DNA of 64,000 nt from Acutalibacteraceae bacterium (GTDB lineage: Bacteria > Bacillota > Clostridia > Oscillospirales > Acutalibacteraceae): NCBI GenBank assembly GCA_045546235.1, contig JAZQCL010000007.1, forward strand, positions 3,617 through 67,616, written 5' to 3'. The notes below the pieces were generated by a model. The model had not been told where the DNA came from, made no database searches, and worked only from the letters and a program-made list of their open reading frames with translations. Shown here in pieces: positions 58,587 to 64,000 of the stretch; positions within the stretch are counted from its first letter, which is position 1; each line of letters starts with the position of its first letter. The position numbers and the translations under genes are program-made.

Positions 58587-60050
58587 TTAAATTTTGATTA
58601 CTCCCAGTGCTTCAAGGCTTGAGAATACCATTATGGCCAATATGCAAAGAGGTGCGAAGTATTTAATAATTATGGTGAATAGCTTTTTAGCCTTAAATGG
58701 GGCTGTTGCCTCTACTTCGCTTATTGCAAGGTCGGGGGTTGCAAAAATACCATACTTTACGTAGGCGCCAATAACCTTGAATATCTTCTGTATTTTATTG
58801 CTGCTGGTGGCTGATATATTGGAAAGCACTGTTTTATCAAGCTTTTTATTGGCGGTGAAATAACCCACAAACAAGCAGGTGAAGAATGCAACAATGGGCA
58901 TAAGCACGCTATTAGAAATAAAGTCGAAGAAATCAAGGAACTGCAGACCTATTATTTTTACATCTGCCCAGCTGCTGTAACCAAACACCGATACAAGACC
59001 CAAGCCTAAAGACAACACAAATACTACAAGTATTGCAGGTATTCTTTTAAGCTTGGTTTTATCGCAAAGCACAGAAACCACGGTTTCCATAAGAGAAATT
59101 GAAGATGTGAGTGCTGCAAAAAGTACAAGAAGGAAGAATATTGCACCAACTATCTGACCGCCTGCAAAGTTTTCAAAAACCTTGGGAAGGGTTACAAACA
59201 TAAGTCCCGGGCCCTTGCCGATTAATTTGGGGTCTAATGCGAATACAGCAGGAATAATCATAAGGCCTGCTAAGAAGGCAATACCTGTGTCGAAAATTTC
59301 AATATGATGAACAGATTTTTCTATGTTAACATCCTTTTTCATATAAGAGCCGTATGTAATCATAATGCCCATTGCAAGCGACATTGAATAGAAAAGCTGA
59401 CCCATTGCCGCAAGCACCGTGGTGGCAGAGAAGTTGTTAAAGTTGGGTATCAGATAATACTTAACACCCTCGATTGCGCCGGGACGGGTAATGGAATAAA
59501 TTGCAATGCCAATAGACATTACAATAAGAACCGGCATCATAATTTTGCTTACCTTTTCTATGCCCTTTTCAACACCGAAAAGCACAATCAAGGCGGTTAA
59601 TGCAAGGTAAAGCAAAAACCAACCAATGGGCGAGCTTGCGCTACCTATAAAGTTGTTAAAGAAAGCATCTCCGGCCGCCTGCTTTCCGGCACCGTCTAAG
59701 AACACATACAAATATTTTGTAACCCAGCCGCCTATTACACAGTAGTAGGGCAGAATTATCATAGGTACAATTGCCGCAAGATAGCCTACAAAGCCGAAGC
59801 GTTTATCTAACTTTTTAAAAGCACCAATGGCCGAAAGACCTGTTTTTCTGCCAATGGCAATTTCAGCAACCATAAGGGCAAAGCCAAAGGTTACTGCTAA
59901 AATTAAATACACCAGCAGGAATATACCGCCGCCGTATTTTGCAGCAAGATAAGGGAATCTCCAGATGTTGCCAAGACCCACCGCAGAGCCTGCTGCAGCA
60001 AGCACAAAGCCAAGGCGACCCGTAAAGTTGCTTCTTTTTGTGGTTTCCAT
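58587..60050 (-). CDS. Sodium-dependent transporter, neurotransmitter:sodium symporter (NSS/SNF) family
   Basis: GFVLAAAGSAVGLGNIWRFPYLAAKYGGG is the NSS signature. About 11-12 TM. I prefer the ATG at 60050 (GAGGAG 7 nt upstream). Confidence 0.9.
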   Translation of the reverse strand: METTKRSNFTGRLGFVLAAAGSAVGLGNIWRFPYLAAKYGGGIFLLVYLILAVTFGFALMVAEIAIGRKTGLSAIGAFKKLDKRFGFVGYLAAIVPMIILPYYCVIGGWVTKYLYVFLDGAGKQAAGDAFFNNFIGSASSPIGWFLLYLALTALIVLFGVEKGIEKVSKIMMPVLIVMSIGIAIYSITRPGAIEGVKYYLIPNFNNFSATTVLAAMGQLFYSMSLAMGIMITYGSYMKKDVNIEKSVHHIEIFDTGIAFLAGLMIIPAVFALDPKLIGKGPGLMFVTLPKVFENFAGGQIVGAIFFLLVLFAALTSSISLMETVVSVLCDKTKLKRIPAILVVFVLSLGLGLVSVFGYSSWADVKIIGLQFLDFFDFISNSVLMPIVAFFTCLFVGYFTANKKLDKTVLSNISATSSNKIQKIFKVIGAYVKYGIFATPDLAISEVEATAPFKAKKLFTIIIKYFAPLCILAIMVFSSLEALGVIKI

Positions 60051-60195
60051 AAAAAAACTCCTCACATAAACAATATTTTATACCATATATTGTATCATTA
60101 ATAAAAGAAAAACACAACCCAAAATTCTCCAAAAACTTTTAAAAAAACACATTATTTCAAATATGTAAAATTATTTATTATAAGGTGTTTTTCCC

Positions 60196-60224
60196 TTGCA
60201 GTTTTCGAGCATTTGTAGTATAAT
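60196..60224 (+). promoter_or_regulatory. Candidate promoter of lon
   Basis: TTGCAG (60196-60201), a 17-nt spacer, then TATAAT (60219-60224). Confidence 0.55.
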
Positions 60225-60290
60225 AATAAGACTTAACCTTTAATTACATCGGCTGTGCCCCACACAGCTTCACTTTTCAGGAGGATATTT

Positions 60291-62696
60291 ATGCAGGAAA
60301 ATCCGCAATTTATGCCCGAAAGCCTACCCCTTATTGCCCTTCGCGGCTTGGTAATGTTTCCGGGAATGCTTTTACATTTCGACGCAGGTCGTGACCGCTC
60401 TATAGCTGCCCTTAACCATGCTATGGAACGGAAATCCGAAATATTGCTGGTAACGCAAAAAGACATACGCGACGAAGAACCTTCGGCAGAGGATATGTAC
60501 ACCGTTGGCTGTACTGCAAAAATTAGGCAAATGCTTAAAGTGAACGACTCGGAAGTGCGCGTTTTGGTTGAGGGTGTAAAGCGTGTTTTTGTTCACAAGG
60601 TTATTGAAAACCCGAAATATTATGTGGGTGAATTTACAGACATAATTCCCCTTAAAACCCGTTCTAACGCTCTTTATAAAGAGGCGGCACTTCGCCACCT
60701 TAAGGCACTTTTCGAGGATTATGCCGCAGTAGCACCCAGGCTTCCTAACAACGTTGTTATGACGGTGCGCGCCACCGGCAGCCTTGGCTTTATTTCCGAT
60801 TTTATTGCCTCTAATCTCCCCTTCACCACCGAAGACAAGCAGTTGATTTTGGAAGAGGCGGCCCCACTTAAAAGAGTTGAGCTTGTTTCCGAAATATTGG
60901 CCCGTGAAACAGAACTGCTTACCATAGACGCCCAGATTGCCGAAAAGGTAAAGGTGCAGATGGACGAAAATCAGCGGGAATACTATATGCGCGAGCAAAT
61001 TAAGGCCTTAAACGAAGAACTGTATGGCGACTCTGAGCCTAGTGACGAGGCCTTTGAGCTAAGCGAAAAAATTCGCTCTCTTAATGCACCTCAAGAGGTT
61101 AAGGACAAGCTTTTGGGCGAGGCCGACAAGCTTCGAAAAATGCCCTTTGGCTCTCAAGAAGCCACGGTTGTTAGAAATTATATTGAAACTTGTATTGCAC
61201 TTCCTTGGGGTGTTTACACCACCGACAACGGCTCAATTAAAAAGGCGGCTGCAACATTAAAGCGCGAACACTACGGACTCGAGAAGGTAAAGGAACGAAT
61301 TGTTGAAGCCTTGGCGGTTCACAACCTTACAGGCACAATGGGTGGCAGCATACTTTGCCTTGTGGGCCCTCCCGGTGTGGGTAAAACCTCTATTGCTCGC
61401 TCTGTTACAAATGCAATGAACCGCCGTTTTCAAAGAATATCCTTAGGCGGTGTAAGAGACGAGGCCGAAATCAGAGGTCACCGCAAAACCTACTTAGGCT
61501 CTATGCCTGGCAGAATTATTGACGCTATAAAACAGGCCGGCACCGCAAACCCTGTTATACTTTTAGACGAAATTGACAAGCTGGGTGCCGATTACAAGGG
61601 CGACCCATCTTCTGCACTGCTTGAGGTTCTTGACCCCGAGCAGAATAACAGCTTTAAAGACCACTTTATCGATATGCCCTTCGACCTTAGCCGCGTGCTG
61701 TTTTTAACAACCGCCAATACCCTTGATTCCATTCCCGCCCCCCTTCGCGACAGAATGGAAATTATAGAGCTTAGCGGCTATACAAGGCAGGACAAATTCA
61801 ATATTGCAAAGAAATATCTTATAGACAAGCAGATGAAGAAAAACGGTATTGAAAAAACCGATTGCAAGCTTGCCGCTTCTGCAATTTATGGCATTATCGA
61901 TTACTACACCCGTGAAGCAGGTGTTAGAAAGCTTGAACAAATGATTGGCAGAATTTGCCGAAAGGTGGCTGTTAGCAAGGCATCGGGCGAAGGCACCGCC
62001 GCCAACATTACTGCCGCTAATTTAAAGGAATTTTTAGGAAATCCGAAATTTAAAGACGAGCAGCTTCTCCCCTTCGACGAGGTTGGCGTGGTTAACGGCC
62101 TTGCCTGGACCCAGGTGGGCGGCACGCTTATGCAGCTTGAAGCCTCGGTGCTTGATGGTAGCGGTAAATTAGAGCTTACAGGCTCTTTGGGTGACGTTAT
62201 GCAGGAATCTGCCCGCACAGCTTTAAGCTATGTTCGCAGTATCGCAGAGCTTTTGGGGATAGATAAAGAGTTTTATAAAAATAAAGATTTCCACATAAAT
62301 GCCACCGAGGCGGCAATCCCCAAAGACGGACCCTCGGCAGGTATTACCATGACAGTGGCTTTAGTTTCCGCCCTTACGGGAATCCCCATTAAGCGTGACG
62401 TTGCTATGACGGGTGAAATCACCCTACGCGGCAGAGTGCTGCCTATTGGCGGCCTGCCCGAAAAATCTATGGCGGCCTTTGCCGCAGGGGTTAAAACGGT
62501 GTTTATTCCCGCCGCAAACGAGCCCGACCTTGCAGAGGTAGACCCCAAGGTTTTGGAAAAAATCAACTTTGTGCCTGTTGATAACGCCTGGGAGGTTGTA
62601 ACCCACGCACTTGCAGGCAAAATTGAAAAGGCCGAGGAAAGCGGCACTTTACCTTTAGATACCTCGATTACACACAGAGCTTCAGCTCGCCAATAA
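60291..62696 (+). CDS. lon: ATP-dependent Lon protease (LonA type)
   Basis: N-terminal LON domain (LPLIALRGLVMFPGM), AAA+ Walker A GPPGVGKTS, Walker B ILLDEIDK, and protease Ser-Lys dyad region PKDGPSAGITM. The ATG at 60291 follows CAGGAGG. Confidence 0.95.
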   Translation: MQENPQFMPESLPLIALRGLVMFPGMLLHFDAGRDRSIAALNHAMERKSEILLVTQKDIRDEEPSAEDMYTVGCTAKIRQMLKVNDSEVRVLVEGVKRVFVHKVIENPKYYVGEFTDIIPLKTRSNALYKEAALRHLKALFEDYAAVAPRLPNNVVMTVRATGSLGFISDFIASNLPFTTEDKQLILEEAAPLKRVELVSEILARETELLTIDAQIAEKVKVQMDENQREYYMREQIKALNEELYGDSEPSDEAFELSEKIRSLNAPQEVKDKLLGEADKLRKMPFGSQEATVVRNYIETCIALPWGVYTTDNGSIKKAAATLKREHYGLEKVKERIVEALAVHNLTGTMGGSILCLVGPPGVGKTSIARSVTNAMNRRFQRISLGGVRDEAEIRGHRKTYLGSMPGRIIDAIKQAGTANPVILLDEIDKLGADYKGDPSSALLEVLDPEQNNSFKDHFIDMPFDLSRVLFLTTANTLDSIPAPLRDRMEIIELSGYTRQDKFNIAKKYLIDKQMKKNGIEKTDCKLAASAIYGIIDYYTREAGVRKLEQMIGRICRKVAVSKASGEGTAANITAANLKEFLGNPKFKDEQLLPFDEVGVVNGLAWTQVGGTLMQLEASVLDGSGKLELTGSLGDVMQESARTALSYVRSIAELLGIDKEFYKNKDFHINATEAAIPKDGPSAGITMTVALVSALTGIPIKRDVAMTGEITLRGRVLPIGGLPEKSMAAFAAGVKTVFIPAANEPDLAEVDPKVLEKINFVPVDNAWEVVTHALAGKIEKAEESGTLPLDTSITHRASARQ

Positions 62697-62716
62697 ATTA
62701 TATTTGGAGCAAGATT

Positions 62717-63292
62717 ATGAACTATAATAATTTCTCCTTTGAAAGCGCCCACGGTCTATCGGGGCAGTTGCCCCCTTCAGACCTGCCCGAAATTTGCTTT
62801 TCAGGGCGCTCAAACGTGGGTAAATCCTCTTTAATTAACAAGCTGGTTGGCAGAAAAGCCCTGGCACGCGTCAGCACTAAGCCGGGCAAAACCGTTACTG
62901 TAAACTTTTTCCGCGAAAGCAACGTGCGGCTTGCCGACCTGCCGGGCTACGGCTATGCAAAGGTTTCCTTTTCGGAAAAGGAACGCTGGGCAGAGCTTAT
63001 GGAGCACTACTTCTCTTCCGGCAGAAATATTAAGCTGGTGGTACAGCTTGTGGATATGCGCCACCCCGCCACCGCCGACGATATTTCTATGATAAATTAT
63101 CTTATAAGCACCGGCTACAAGTTTATTATTGTGCTTACTAAAAGCGACAAGCTTAATAAAACCGAATACCGCCAGCGTTTAGAGGATTTTTCTGAGCAGC
63201 TTGGCGACCTGGAGTTTTTCCCCTTCTCTTCTCACAACGGCGAAGGCTTAGATAAACTAAAGGCGGCAATTGAAGCACACCTTGCGGAGTGA
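62717..63292 (+). CDS. engB: Ribosome biogenesis GTP-binding protein YihA/YsxC (EngB)
   Basis: G1 GRSNVGKSS, G3 DLPGYG, G4 TKSDK. The lon-engB order matches that in many Firmicutes. Confidence 0.9.
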   Translation: MNYNNFSFESAHGLSGQLPPSDLPEICFSGRSNVGKSSLINKLVGRKALARVSTKPGKTVTVNFFRESNVRLADLPGYGYAKVSFSEKERWAELMEHYFSSGRNIKLVVQLVDMRHPATADDISMINYLISTGYKFIIVLTKSDKLNKTEYRQRLEDFSEQLGDLEFFPFSSHNGEGLDKLKAAIEAHLAE

Positions 63293-63297
63293 TTGAT

Positions 63298-64000
63298 ATG
63301 AGTTACAATGCTTTTTCTGAATTCTACGACGAATTAATGGCAGATGCCAAATATTCCGAAAGAACAGAATATATATTGAATTTATTTAAGAAATTCGGCG
63401 GCACCCCTACCCTGCTTTTGGATTTGGGTTGCGGTTCGGGCGAGTTCACCGCCCGCTTTTCCAAAATGGGAATTGAAACCATAGGGGCCGACCCGTCGGA
63501 GGATATGCTGAATATTGCCCGCCAAAAGTTGCCCGGGGGCTTGTTTCTTAACCAAAGCGGCGAAGAACTGGACCTTTACGGCACGGTAGACGGCGCTGTA
63601 TCACTTATGGACAGCCTTAACCATATTACCGACTACAAAGAGCTTTGCCGCACCATATCTCGGGTGTCACTGTTTTTAGAGCCGGAAAGGCTGTTTATAT
63701 TCGACCTTAACACCGAATACAAGCACCGCGAAATTCTTGGAAATAATGCCTTTGTTTTCGAAACCGAAAAGCTGATGTGCTGTTGGCAGAACTTTACCGA
63801 CGAAGCATTAAAAACAGATATTTATTTAGATTTCTTTGCCGAAAACTCTGATGGCTTATACCGCCGCGAAAGCGACGAGTTTTCAGAAAAGGCCTACTCC
63901 CCCGCAGAAATGGAAGAAGCCCTTAAAAACGCAGGGCTTGAAATTTTGGCAATTTACGACGACTTAAGCGAAAACCCGCCGAAGGATAATTCGGAAAGGG
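63298..64000 (+). CDS. Class I SAM-dependent methyltransferase (3' end beyond the window)
   Basis: The ATG at 63298 gives MSYNAFSEFYDELM..LLLDLGCGSGEF (motif I). The ORF is open to the window end, so it is absent from the ORF track. Confidence 0.75.
   Translation, partial: MSYNAFSEFYDELMADAKYSERTEYILNLFKKFGGTPTLLLDLGCGSGEFTARFSKMGIETIGADPSEDMLNIARQKLPGGLFLNQSGEELDLYGTVDGAVSLMDSLNHITDYKELCRTISRVSLFLEPERLFIFDLNTEYKHREILGNNAFVFETEKLMCCWQNFTDEALKTDIYLDFFAENSDGLYRRESDEFSEKAYSPAEMEEALKNAGLEILAIYDDLSENPPKDNSER

Overview
The window looks like a chromosomal segment from a low to mid GC Gram-positive anaerobe. It appears Clostridia-like: sigma-A type TTGACA/TATAAT promoters, strong GGAGG ribosome-binding sites, a glmS ribozyme and a SpoVAD relic. 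I saw no rRNA, tRNA, CRISPR array, integrase or transposase. Most of the window consists of glycan-utilisation modules, four of them next to AraC-family regulators. They include a clan GH-D alpha-glycosidase, a GH2 beta-galactosidase, a ~1900 aa secreted GH127-type enzyme with several carbohydrate-binding modules, and a ~1030 aa cytoplasmic glycosidase-like protein. The set also includes a CE15-like esterase, a GH4 alpha-galactosidase, a GH29 fucosidase, a GH78-like hydrolase and a manC-gmd-fcl GDP-fucose operon. Housekeeping genes are interspersed: Lrp-alr, glmM, glmS ribozyme plus glmS, glyQS, lon, engB. There are also several transporters (MacB-type ABC, YtrA-type ABC, AEC, OPT, MATE, NSS). 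I could not demonstrate any known defence or mobile system. The observations most worth follow-up are listed here in window order. (1) The left edge carries a divergent RNase III paralogue on AT-rich DNA that abuts a 5'-truncated spoVAD. (2) An AT-rich, terminator-bounded pair of secreted proteins includes an S8 protease fused to a zinc phospholipase-C-like domain. (3) The glmS leader is unusually long and structured, and an 18-bp helix encloses the SD and AUG. (4) A phosphonopyruvate decarboxylase gene stands alone, with no PEP mutase in the window. (5) An OPT transporter overlaps a stand-alone PqqD/RRE-like gene. (6) One operon joins an NSS sodium symporter to two glycosidases and an MBL-fold hydrolase. 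(7) A 47-codon ORF with its own RBS is tucked behind the giant GH127 gene. All functional calls rest on motif recognition by eye; no database search was possible.
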